Shown piece by piece: positions 1 to 8,188 of a stretch of DNA of 44,544 nucleotides (positions within the stretch are counted from its first letter, which is position 1; every line of letters begins with the position of its first letter). The stretch covers positions 1 to 44,544 of the forward strand of contig CAIQPA010000291.1 in the NCBI GenBank assembly GCA_903873545.1. The letters run 5' to 3'. The notes under the pieces are model-generated. The model worked only from the letters and a program-made list of their open reading frames with translations. It was not told the DNA's origin and did no database searches. The DNA is from an uncultured delta proteobacterium (GTDB taxonomy: Bacteria; Myxococcota_A; Bradymonadia; REDH01). A program made the position numbers and the translations under genes.

Positions 1-1285
1 CCTGCTCCGTCGTCACGATGGTGGAGCGGGCAGCAGCACCTGCAGAAAGTGCGAACGGTACCGCGACCCCGTCGTCGGGAGGCAGCGCTGCGACCAGGGT
101 GTTCATCGCCTCGTAGAGTGGCAACCCATCCGCGGTCAGGCGGAGGGAGCCGTCGCTGTTCAAGGACAACTCGCGCGATGCAAAGTGACGGCCGCCACCC
201 GGAAGCGCGCTCGACGTCAGGAACAGCGCCATCATGCCGACTGCAGAGACCAGGAGCAGCGGGGCGTGGCGCGGCCGAGAGACGAGCCGCTCGAGGCCAT
301 CCACCGAGGCGATCGCCAAGCCGGGAAGGGCGAACATCGCGTAATGAAAGTCCAGCAGGTCCGCCTGCATCCGCGACTGGATGAGTAGAAAGGCCAGCCC
401 GGGCATCGCCACGCCCAACCAGCGCCAGCCAAAGAGCGGCAGAAGGCCTCCGCCGAGCAGTACCCCGCACAGAATCTCGCTCTTGTAGGCGAGAACCTGC
501 GACAGCGGGAGCGGGCTCGCGTTGTCGAGCATCTGCGCCGCGACGCTGCTGGCGCGATCGACGCTCTGCGGGAACAGCCATCCTCGGATGCCGAACCAGT
601 AGATGGCGACGAAGGCCAGCACCGCAACGATCACGGCGCTGCGCCTCCTCCAATCCATCAGCAGCGAGCGACCGAACGGCGCGGTAGCCATCGCGCCGAC
701 AATGACCATGGCGAACTCTTCGCGAACGAGCAGGGCTGCCGCCATCCATCCGATTGCAACGCTGTCGAAGCCCCGCCGCCGCGCTCGAAGAAGTCCGGCG
801 AGCAGCAACGGTAGCCCGAGCATGTCGGGGCGCAGGTCAAAGAGGAAGGGGTTGATCGCCACAGGCCCCGCCAGGAGCCCCGCGCAAAGCAGCGTCGCCG
901 CCCCCAGCCGTCGGCCCCGGCCTGCACGCTCACCCAGCGCCTCCAGAAATCCGTGATGCAACAGCCCTGCGGTCGCACCGAGCGCCAGACTCTGCGCGAG
1001 CGTCAGTAGCAGCGCAGGATCGCAGAACCGGACGAGTGGCGCGAGCAACAGGAGCACCCAGTTTCCGTGCACGCAGAGCGCATGATTGTTGACCAGCGGG
1101 TTGACCCAATCGCCATGGGCGATGCCCCAGAGGTTTCGGATGTAGATCGCAGAATCGAAGCTCGCAGAGAGCCCCTCGCCGGAGAGCCGAAGCAGGCGGG
1201 CAAGCAGCAGCAGCCCAACGAAGATTCCGAAGACAACGGACGGCCAACGCTCCGGCGATTGTCTCTCCTGCGTCTGCTCGCTCAT
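1..1285 (-). CDS. Polytopic membrane protein, DUF2079-like (start inside the window, 3' end runs off the left edge)
   Basis: Absent from the ORF track because it is open at the window edge. Hand translation of the minus strand from ATG 1285..1283 (MSEQTQERQSPERWPSVVFGIFVGLLLLARLL...HGNWVLLLLAPL...FGWRWLGVAMPGLAFLLIQ...) stays open to base 1. The pattern is a repeated hydrophobic helix. The ATG overlaps the TGA of the upstream GT4 gene (ATGA). No other ORF is listed in this frame. Confidence 0.55.
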   Translation of the reverse strand, partial: MSEQTQERQSPERWPSVVFGIFVGLLLLARLLRLSGEGLSASFDSAIYIRNLWGIAHGDWVNPLVNNHALCVHGNWVLLLLAPLVRFCDPALLLTLAQSLALGATAGLLHHGFLEALGERAGRGRRLGAATLLCAGLLAGPVAINPFLFDLRPDMLGLPLLLAGLLRARRRGFDSVAIGWMAAALLVREEFAMVIVGAMATAPFGRSLLMDWRRRSAVIVAVLAFVAIYWFGIRGWLFPQSVDRASSVAAQMLDNASPLPLSQVLAYKSEILCGVLLGGGLLPLFGWRWLGVAMPGLAFLLIQSRMQADLLDFHYAMFALPGLAIASVDGLERLVSRPRHAPLLLVSAVGMMALFLTSSALPGGGRHFASRELSLNSDGSLRLTADGLPLYEAMNTLVAALPPDDGVAVPFALSAGAAARSTIVTTEQ

Positions 1286-2505
1286 GGTTCGACCTTGTGC
1301 GCCTGCTCCGACTTCGCCCGTTCGTAGACGGCCTCGTGCCGCGCCACAAAGCTTGCCATGCCGAAGCGCTGCTCCGCAAAGCGCCGTGCGGCGCATCGGC
1401 TCGCCTCATCCGTCAGCTGCGTCAGGCCCTGATCGATCGCCCAGCCGAGCGCCTCCACCGTGCGATTCCTCGCGAGAACACCGCTACGCCCATGCTCGAA
1501 AATCTCTGCGATTCCGCCTACCGGACGACCAACAATCGGCGTTCCGCAGGAGAGCGCCTCCACCGCCGTGCAGGGAAGGTTGTCCTCATGGCTCGGCAGC
1601 AGGAAGAGGTCGGCCGCCGCATAGAGCTCGGCGAGCCGCGCCTTGCTCCCGATGCGTCCGAAGCGCCGCGCTTTGGCACCCAGCAGTTCGAGCTCGGCTG
1701 GCAGTCTATCCTCACCGCCAACGAGCCAGAGCGTAAGCGCCGGGTCCTGCGCAAACCGAGGCGCAAGCGCCTTGCAGAGATCGCTAAGCCCCTTGCGGGG
1801 ATCGCCGAGTTGCGCCGCAACGAAGAGCAGCACCCGCTCCGACGCACCGACGCCTTCGGCTGCCCGCGAGGCCGCCCGCAACAATGGCGAGAAGGTCGCC
1901 GTATCAACGCCGTTCGGGATGACCTCGACCTTGCGACCGAACCAGGCGCCGCGCGCTGCGAGCTCCGCGAAGTGAGCGGATGGCGAGATCCCAACCACGC
2001 CTGCTGTCGCCCCGAATCGGCGGTTTGCGTCCCAGGTCGCGGCCGAACGGTCGAGCTGTGCGGGCTGTGCGCCGCGCCCGGTCTCCGGGCAGGAGCCGCA
2101 GCCTCGTTCAAACCGCGAACAGGCGCCTGGGTAGAGGCAGCCGCCGGTGAAACCCGTGTAGTCGTGGAAGGTGAAACAGGTCGGAAGCCGCTCCGCAATC
2201 GCCTGTGCGGTGCGGAGGCCAAAGGCCATGTGATGGTCGTGAAAATGGACCAGTTCGACGCCGTGTCGGGCGAGCAGGAGCAGCAGCGGCGCAGCAGCCA
2301 GGTCCACGCCAAAGGTCTGACGCAACCCCTGCTCCCCGCGGAGTGCGGGCAAGAGCACCGTCTCTCGGTTGCCCGCCGGCTCGCCCCTGCGGTAGACGCG
2401 AAGCACACGGTGCCCTGCTCCGCGGAGGCCTGCCGACAACTCGTCCGCAACGCGGCCAGCACCGCCGCCGGAGGCGTCGCTCCGTGAGAGGACTGCGACC
2501 TTCAC
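1282..2505 (-). CDS. Glycosyltransferase family 4 (GT-B fold, EX7E type)
   Basis: ORF 1282..2559. N-terminal VKVAVLSRSDASGGGAGRVADEL and C-terminal LLPSHEDNLPCTAVEALSCGTPIVGRPVGGIAEIFEHGRSGVL are GT4 signatures. I place the start at GTG 2505, which overlaps the upstream stop as GTGA. The longest ORF reaches 2559. Confidence 0.85.
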   Translation of the reverse strand: MKVAVLSRSDASGGGAGRVADELSAGLRGAGHRVLRVYRRGEPAGNRETVLLPALRGEQGLRQTFGVDLAAAPLLLLLARHGVELVHFHDHHMAFGLRTAQAIAERLPTCFTFHDYTGFTGGCLYPGACSRFERGCGSCPETGRGAQPAQLDRSAATWDANRRFGATAGVVGISPSAHFAELAARGAWFGRKVEVIPNGVDTATFSPLLRAASRAAEGVGASERVLLFVAAQLGDPRKGLSDLCKALAPRFAQDPALTLWLVGGEDRLPAELELLGAKARRFGRIGSKARLAELYAAADLFLLPSHEDNLPCTAVEALSCGTPIVGRPVGGIAEIFEHGRSGVLARNRTVEALGWAIDQGLTQLTDEASRCAARRFAEQRFGMASFVARHEAVYERAKSEQAHKVEP

Positions 2506-4331
2506 GAACGGCCTGTACCGCGGCCGGTGAGCGAGGCGACCACCAGCCCCGGCCACCAACTCACGCCTGAGCGGAGACCGCCAATGCCGAGTGTCGTCAT
2601 CACGCCTCGGCTGGCGCCCTCGTCCATCTCGATATCAAGGATGCGCCGGGCGAACGCCCCATCTGGCAGCAGCGTCAGCCCCTCCCAGGCGCGCCGCGCA
2701 ATGCGCTCGAGCAGCCGGCTGCAGACATCATCCTGGAGCGCGAGCAGCTGCGCGTAGGAGGGCCCGGCAAAGCGCGCCGTTTCCAGAAGCTGTGACCGCG
2801 CCTCCTGCGCCAGTTCGAGCGCCGCGGCTGTGAGCGGCGGTGGCCTGTCGAGCTCCGCCGAAACCACGCCGGCTTCGTCTCGCACCAGCCGCCGCACCGA
2901 GCCGGTCGGCTCGCGGAGCAGCAACTCCCAAAGCCGCATCACGCCTGCGCTTGTCCCCAGCAACGGGGCGCCCCGGCCGGCGGGGATATCGAACACCAGA
3001 CCCTGCTTCGACGCCCGCGAACAAGAGGGCTCGCCGCCTCTCGTGACGCCAGCGTAGCGACCGTGCACCTCGCAATCGGGCAGTACCGCCGCGATTGCAT
3101 CCTGGATGGTTCCTGCCCAGCCAAGGTCGATAACCAGCAGCTTGCGGCGCTCGCCGATCAGGCTCCGTAGGTAGCCGCCAAGCAGCGAACGCTGTTCCTC
3201 TTTCACGGCATCGTACTCGACCGAATTCCGCCGGAGCACCTCCTGCCATGCGGCAATGGTAGCCTCGCTGAGCGGCTCGTCGGCGCCGCCACCAAGCTCC
3301 GAGAGCCATCGCTCTGAGACCCCATCCGGCAGCTCAAACCCGGCCACAAAAGCCCGCATCGACCGCTTCCCGATCTTGCCCGACAGCGTCACACGGAAGA
3401 GCAGATCGCCAGGATGTGCGAGCAGAACCGAACGCCGCGAGAGGCGCAGGTAGTGCCTGAGCCCGGGGGCAGGGTGCAGCGCGTCGCAGGCGGCCAAGAG
3501 AGGCTCCGCGTCCCGCGCGAGAAAGAGCGTCGCCTCCGCCTCAAGCCGGCGCTCCTGCTGGCAGACCCAGGCCGCCGTCGCGAGCACGAAGTGTGCCGCC
3601 TCTCCTGCAAGCGGCTCAGGCCGCCCATCGGCTGCGGGCATGAGGTGGCGAAGCACCGTCCGAGCCGCGGCATCAAACTCTCCATCTGGATCAGTAAGCG
3701 GCAGGTGCGCAGCACGCCAACCGGCCTGGAGCGGACGCACAAAGTCCGATTTCAGGTTGTCGCCGATGTGGAGCCCCCGCAAACCGTCGAGCCCCAGCCG
3801 CGCCTCCACCTCCGCGAAGATGGTTCCGCGCCGCTTCGAGCGCTGCCACTCCGAAGAGGCGACGACCTCGAGCCCGAAGAGGCCGTGCGCTTGGAGTAGC
3901 CTGGTGATCAGCGCTGCCGTCAGCGTGGTGTCGCTCAGGACGAAGTGACGCCGGCCCAGTCGGCGCGCCTCGAGCAGCAGCGCCAGTCCTGTGGGACGCA
4001 CCACCGTGGCGGCAATCTCCGCCTCCAATTCGCAGCGGCAGCCAGCCTCGCGCACCGCTGCAGCGTCGACGCACATGGCGACGCCGAGCGCCTCGTACCA
4101 GTCGGCGATGCTCCACTCCGCCTCCGATTGCGGATAGCCGGCCTCGCGCGAGATCACCCATGCTCTCCTATGACGAAGCACATCTTCGCTCGTCCATGGC
4201 GACAGCCCCAGTCCAACCAAGCCCGACGCTGCATCAGCGGCAACCTCGTCCGGCCCCTTCAGCCGCCGAAGCAGCGTGTCGAACAGGTCGAAACTCACCC
4301 ACGCTGCAGAGGCCAGAGCGCGACGGGCCAT
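2502..4331 (-). CDS. Long-form HAD-superfamily hydrolase with an uncharacterised C-terminal domain
   Basis: ORF 2502..4484. HAD motif I is VSFDLFDTLL and motif IV is HIGDNLKSDFV. About 380 further residues follow (LVIDLGWAGTIQDAI...). I place the start at ATG 4331 (MARRALASAAWVSFDLFDT), because the upstream extension has no domain content and would crowd the divergent gene. Confidence 0.7.
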   Translation of the reverse strand: MARRALASAAWVSFDLFDTLLRRLKGPDEVAADAASGLVGLGLSPWTSEDVLRHRRAWVISREAGYPQSEAEWSIADWYEALGVAMCVDAAAVREAGCRCELEAEIAATVVRPTGLALLLEARRLGRRHFVLSDTTLTAALITRLLQAHGLFGLEVVASSEWQRSKRRGTIFAEVEARLGLDGLRGLHIGDNLKSDFVRPLQAGWRAAHLPLTDPDGEFDAAARTVLRHLMPAADGRPEPLAGEAAHFVLATAAWVCQQERRLEAEATLFLARDAEPLLAACDALHPAPGLRHYLRLSRRSVLLAHPGDLLFRVTLSGKIGKRSMRAFVAGFELPDGVSERWLSELGGGADEPLSEATIAAWQEVLRRNSVEYDAVKEEQRSLLGGYLRSLIGERRKLLVIDLGWAGTIQDAIAAVLPDCEVHGRYAGVTRGGEPSCSRASKQGLVFDIPAGRGAPLLGTSAGVMRLWELLLREPTGSVRRLVRDEAGVVSAELDRPPPLTAAALELAQEARSQLLETARFAGPSYAQLLALQDDVCSRLLERIARRAWEGLTLLPDGAFARRILDIEMDEGASRGVMTTLGIGGLRSGVSWWPGLVVASLTGRGTGRS

Positions 4332-4505
4332 GTCGAATCGGAAGGCGTACAAGAGGAGATCCCGGGTAGGGCGACGGGCAATCGGATGCGCTTTCGCCAA
4401 TGCCGAGCCGCCGCTTTCTCTTATCCCTTTCGACGCCACTCCGCTACGATACCCTTCATCGCAGCCGTGCCGTCGGCTCGTCACTCGTCTCGCCGCGCCG
4501 GTCCC

Positions 4506-6533
4506 ATGCAGTCTTCTCGCATTCCGCTCCTGGCGGGAATCCTCGCAGCATTCCTCGCCGTGTTGACCTTCCAGTCAGCGCTCAACGCCGGACTTGCCTT
4601 CGACGACCTCATCTTCTGGCGCGACACCTCGTGCTGGCGTGTCGACACGTGGGGCGAGGTCCTCACCCTGCCGACCATCGACGCCTGCTCCTACCGGCCC
4701 GTCCGCTACATGTCCCTCGCCATCGACTATCGCATCTGGGGACGCGAGATCTACGGCTACCACCTCACCAACCTGCTCCTCCACGGCATCACCACCTTCC
4801 TCGTCTACAACCTCATCCGTCGCGTCATCCGCGACCCGCGAGCCGCCGCGATCGGCACCGTCCTCTGGGCCATTCACCCCGTCCACACCGACACCGTCAC
4901 CTACATGTCTGGCCGCCGCGATCTGCTCGTGACCCTCTTCTACGTGGCTGCGTTGCTCGCTGCGCCGCAGCCCTCGCAGAGCACCCTGCGGAAGTGGTTC
5001 GGCGGCGTCGTGGCGGCGAGCTGTTTCCTGCTCGGCATGTTCAGCAAAGAGATGGCTGCGACCGTCCCGGCCACCCTCCTGCTCATGGTGGCGCTCGCTC
5101 CCATGATGGCTGCAGCCAGCGAGGGCATCGCCTTTCCCAGCCCTTGGCGGCCCATCTTCTCCGCCGTCTACCGCTTCTTCATCCCCATCGTCATCGTCAC
5201 CGGCGCCAGCGTTATCTTTGTCCTCTGGGCCGTAAAGGTCGGCCACGTGACCCAGATCTCCCAGAACATCCGCGGCGACAGCCTCCACACCCATGTCGCG
5301 ACCGTCATGGCTGCCTACGGACGCTACGTGGAACTCATCGCCTACCCGTCGCGACTCGTCGGTGACTACAGCGCCTTCCCCAACGCGGCCGGCTTCTCAG
5401 ACCCGCGCGCTCTCGTCGGCCTCGCCTTCGTCGGCCTGGTCTGGCTCGGCGGACTCTTTGCCGTCGCGCGCGCCCCGATCGTCGCCTTCGGGCTCCTCTT
5501 CTTCGGCGTGACCATGCTGCCGGTCAGCCATATCATTCCCCACCACGAGCTCCTCGCGGAGCACTACCTCTATCTGCCGCTCATCGGACTGGCTGTCATC
5601 GTCGCCCGAGGTCTCGAACTGGCCTTTGCAGCACCGCCCCGCCGCGCGCTCGTCGCCCTGACAGTCGCCGCGCTCGTCGCTGGTGGCTACGGCGCGCGCG
5701 TTCAGGCACGCAACAAGGAGTTCTCCGACCCCGTCGCCTTCGCCGCGCGGGTCCTCGAAGCCTTCCCCACCTCGCAGCGCGCCCGGCTCCAACTCGCCCT
5801 CGAGTACCGCAACCGCAACCAGATCGAAGCCGCCATCCAGGCCCTCGGTCAGGTGCTGAGCCTCGCCCAGCCCGGCGAGGACAACTTCTACGTCGCCCAC
5901 ATGAACCTCGCCAACAGCTACGCGCTCCTCAAGAAGTTCGACCTCGCAGAGGAGCATCTGCGCCAGATCCTCAAACCCTTCCCCAACCATCCGGAGGCGC
6001 TGCGTGTCCTCGCGCTCATCCGCGTCGAGCAGGGCCGAGGCGAGGAGGTCGTCGACATCCTCAAACACCTCTGCACCGTACCCCGCCTCGGAGCACAGGT
6101 CCCGCTCGATACCGCGATCACCCTCATCCGACTCGGCCGTTACGCCGAAGCGGAGACCTATGCCGAGCAGGCGCTCTCGCGCGACGCCGAAAACAACTAC
6201 GCGCTCTTCCAGTCTGGCATCATCGCCATGCGACTCGGCAACCTGCCCAAGGCCAAAGCGCGCTTCGAGCGGGTCCTCTTCTTCAACCCCACCGACGCGG
6301 TCGCGATGGTCCGACTCGCCTACGTCGAAGGCAAGATGGGGCGCACGCAGGTTGCAGACGCGCTTGCACAAGAGGCACTCCGCCTCCGCCCCGAACTCGC
6401 GCAGAAGAACCATCCCGACATGGAGGTCGAGGTCGCGCGCCCCGAAGGCAGTGGAGCCTCCGCTCCCGCCGCGCAGCCTGCAGCACCGTCACCAGCCGCC
6501 AGCCCCAAGCCGGCGAAGCGTCGCACTCCCTAG
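4506..6533 (+). CDS. TMTC-like GT-C membrane glycosyltransferase (PMT_2/DUF1736-type N-terminus) with C-terminal TPR repeats and a Pro/Ala-rich tail
   Basis: ORF 3945..6533, real start taken at ATG 4506 (MQSSRIPLLAGILAAFLAVL). The DD..F motif (AFDDLIFWRD), YRPVRYMSLAIDYRIWG and GYHLTNLLLHG, plus about 10 hydrophobic helices, are typical of bacterial TMTC/PMT-like proteins. The C-terminal half shows TPR periodicity (ARLQLALEYRNRNQIEAAIQAL..., YVAHMNLANSYALLKKFDLAEEHL...). Confidence 0.8.
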   Translation: MQSSRIPLLAGILAAFLAVLTFQSALNAGLAFDDLIFWRDTSCWRVDTWGEVLTLPTIDACSYRPVRYMSLAIDYRIWGREIYGYHLTNLLLHGITTFLVYNLIRRVIRDPRAAAIGTVLWAIHPVHTDTVTYMSGRRDLLVTLFYVAALLAAPQPSQSTLRKWFGGVVAASCFLLGMFSKEMAATVPATLLLMVALAPMMAAASEGIAFPSPWRPIFSAVYRFFIPIVIVTGASVIFVLWAVKVGHVTQISQNIRGDSLHTHVATVMAAYGRYVELIAYPSRLVGDYSAFPNAAGFSDPRALVGLAFVGLVWLGGLFAVARAPIVAFGLLFFGVTMLPVSHIIPHHELLAEHYLYLPLIGLAVIVARGLELAFAAPPRRALVALTVAALVAGGYGARVQARNKEFSDPVAFAARVLEAFPTSQRARLQLALEYRNRNQIEAAIQALGQVLSLAQPGEDNFYVAHMNLANSYALLKKFDLAEEHLRQILKPFPNHPEALRVLALIRVEQGRGEEVVDILKHLCTVPRLGAQVPLDTAITLIRLGRYAEAETYAEQALSRDAENNYALFQSGIIAMRLGNLPKAKARFERVLFFNPTDAVAMVRLAYVEGKMGRTQVADALAQEALRLRPELAQKNHPDMEVEVARPEGSGASAPAAQPAAPSPAASPKPAKRRTP

Positions 6534-7279
6534 CGAGCCCGGCGGCTGCGGATAACCGCCAGCTCCGCACCGGCCCGCAAGAAGTCACGACCGCGCACGC
6601 TGCTCCCCTTCACATCCTGCCAGGCCAGGAGGGGGACCTCGATAAGATAGGCTGTCGCACGCCGCCCGGTCGTGCGCAGCCATGCAGTGTCGAGGCGCTG
6701 GAGCAGCTCCACATCGAAGATCCAGCGGCTCGCGAAGGGCTCCTGCAGCGCGCTCCGGAGCGTCTCATCTGCCAGAAAGATCTTGGCGCCACACTGCGTG
6801 TCGTAGACGGGCAGGTCGAGCGTCACAGAGGCCGCCGTTGCGAACATCCGACCCAGCACATGGCGAACCGGATTGCGGTCGATCTCCCTGCCCAGCAGCC
6901 TAACGCGTGACCCGATCAAGGCTCGCGCCTCGCCGTGGCGTGCCGCCGCCGCCGAAAACTCCTCCAGCGCCTCAAGCGGTGTGGCGAGGTCGGCGTCCCA
7001 GAACCCAACCCACGCAGCCCCGCTTCCCAACGCGTCCTGCATCCCCACCCGGACCGCCTCGGCTTTCCCGCGGTTCTGCGCCAGCGAGAGCGTCCGAACG
7101 CGCCCTGCCGAGGTCGCGGCAAAGGCTGAAATGACCGCCTCCGTCCCATCGCTGCTGCCGTCGTTCACCAGCAGGAGTTGCAGCCCGGGAAAGCGCCCGA
7201 GTGCCTCTCCGAATCGGCCCGCATCGAAGCGATTCGCCTCGTTGTAACAGGGCACAACCAGGGTCAACGTCTCGAGCAT
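6530..7279 (-). CDS. GT2 glycosyltransferase, ALG5/DPM1-like polyprenol-phosphate sugar synthase
   Basis: ORF 6530..7561, start taken at ATG 7279 (MLETLTLVVPCYNEANRF). Also LLLVNDGSSDGT, WDADLATP (DxD-like) and a C-terminal LLAWQDVKGSSV motif resembling the W.E..GSK box of dolichyl-phosphate glucosyltransferases. Confidence 0.8.
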   Translation of the reverse strand: MLETLTLVVPCYNEANRFDAGRFGEALGRFPGLQLLLVNDGSSDGTEAVISAFAATSAGRVRTLSLAQNRGKAEAVRVGMQDALGSGAAWVGFWDADLATPLEALEEFSAAAARHGEARALIGSRVRLLGREIDRNPVRHVLGRMFATAASVTLDLPVYDTQCGAKIFLADETLRSALQEPFASRWIFDVELLQRLDTAWLRTTGRRATAYLIEVPLLAWQDVKGSSVRGRDFLRAGAELAVIRSRRAR

Positions 7280-7287
7280 CACCCGAC

Positions 7288-8052
7288 TCAAGGAAGCTTC
7301 CGAAGCAGCGCAACCAGACTCACCCCGCGCGCATAGGCAGGAAGCCCCGTGTCGATGGCCGAAACAAGCGCGCGCCGCTCTCCCGCAAAGAGCCGCGTCA
7401 GCAGCCAATTTGCGGCATCGGGCGGCATGGAGAGATCGGTCCCCGCTTCGCCCGACGACCGCCCCCGCAGCCGATTCACGCGACGCACTGCCGACACCAC
7501 GGGATGGAGCAGCGCGTTGAAGTGGCTCAGCAGGCGAACCTCCACAGGCCGGCCGCTCCACTCCCAGCGCAGCATCTCCTCATCGTACCGTCGATAGTGG
7601 CCAAAGTGCTCGTCGTGCGCGCTCCAGATGCTCATGTCTGCAGGTACCGTGATGAGCAGGTGTGCACCCGGCTTCATCGCTTCCAGAACCGCAGCCAGCG
7701 CCTCTCTCGAGCGCTCAATATGCTCCAGCACATCGAGCATCAAAACCACCTCGGCCCGGCCGAGCGCCGCCGGCAGGGGCTCACCCGGCTGCCAGACCGT
7801 AAAGTGAAGCTGCGGAAAGCGCTGCTGCGCCGCCGCAATCCCCGCCGCGTCCGGGTCGACACCCGCGCACCGATAGCCGCTCCCGACCGCAGCCAGCGTC
7901 CCGCCGGTGCCGCAGCCGAACTCAAACATCTCTGCCCCGGCGCCGGGGCTGCCCAGCCGCTCCACGATGGCCCGCAACACGCGCTGGCGACCCACAAACC
8001 ACCAGTGGCGCGACTCCAACTCAGCATGCAGCTCAAATTGCTCGCGTTGCAA
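7288..8052 (-). CDS. Class I SAM-dependent methyltransferase
   Basis: ORF 7288..8202. SAM motif I is MFEFGCGTGG, and the ESRHWWFVGR box and VLMLDVLEHIE are present. I prefer the TTG start at 8052, preceded by GGAGG with a 5-nt spacer. Codons upstream of it are visibly GC3-poor, and the 8202 start would overlap the divergent gene. Confidence 0.7.
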   Translation of the reverse strand: MQREQFELHAELESRHWWFVGRQRVLRAIVERLGSPGAGAEMFEFGCGTGGTLAAVGSGYRCAGVDPDAAGIAAAQQRFPQLHFTVWQPGEPLPAALGRAEVVLMLDVLEHIERSREALAAVLEAMKPGAHLLITVPADMSIWSAHDEHFGHYRRYDEEMLRWEWSGRPVEVRLLSHFNALLHPVVSAVRRVNRLRGRSSGEAGTDLSMPPDAANWLLTRLFAGERRALVSAIDTGLPAYARGVSLVALLRKLP

Positions 8053-8188
8053 GGGCGCCTCCAGAAGACAGCATCTCCCTGCTCGGCTAGCAGGGGCAGC
8101 AGCCAAACTCCACCCGCGCCACGGCATTTGGCTTGCGAACCACCGCCGCCACTCGGTAGCAGTGAGCTCTCTCTCGGACGCTGGAAAC

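Noticed and set aside
3945-4505. N-terminal 187-aa extension of the TMTC-like ORF, and similar upstream extensions of ORFs at 6530..7561, 7907..10036, 20097, 22343, 23065, 31021, 35480, 39843 and 40323
   Set aside because: The extensions overlap neighbouring genes or terminators and are Arg/Pro-rich without domain content. Internal starts with SD sequences, or starts at the first hydrophobic or conserved motif, fit better.
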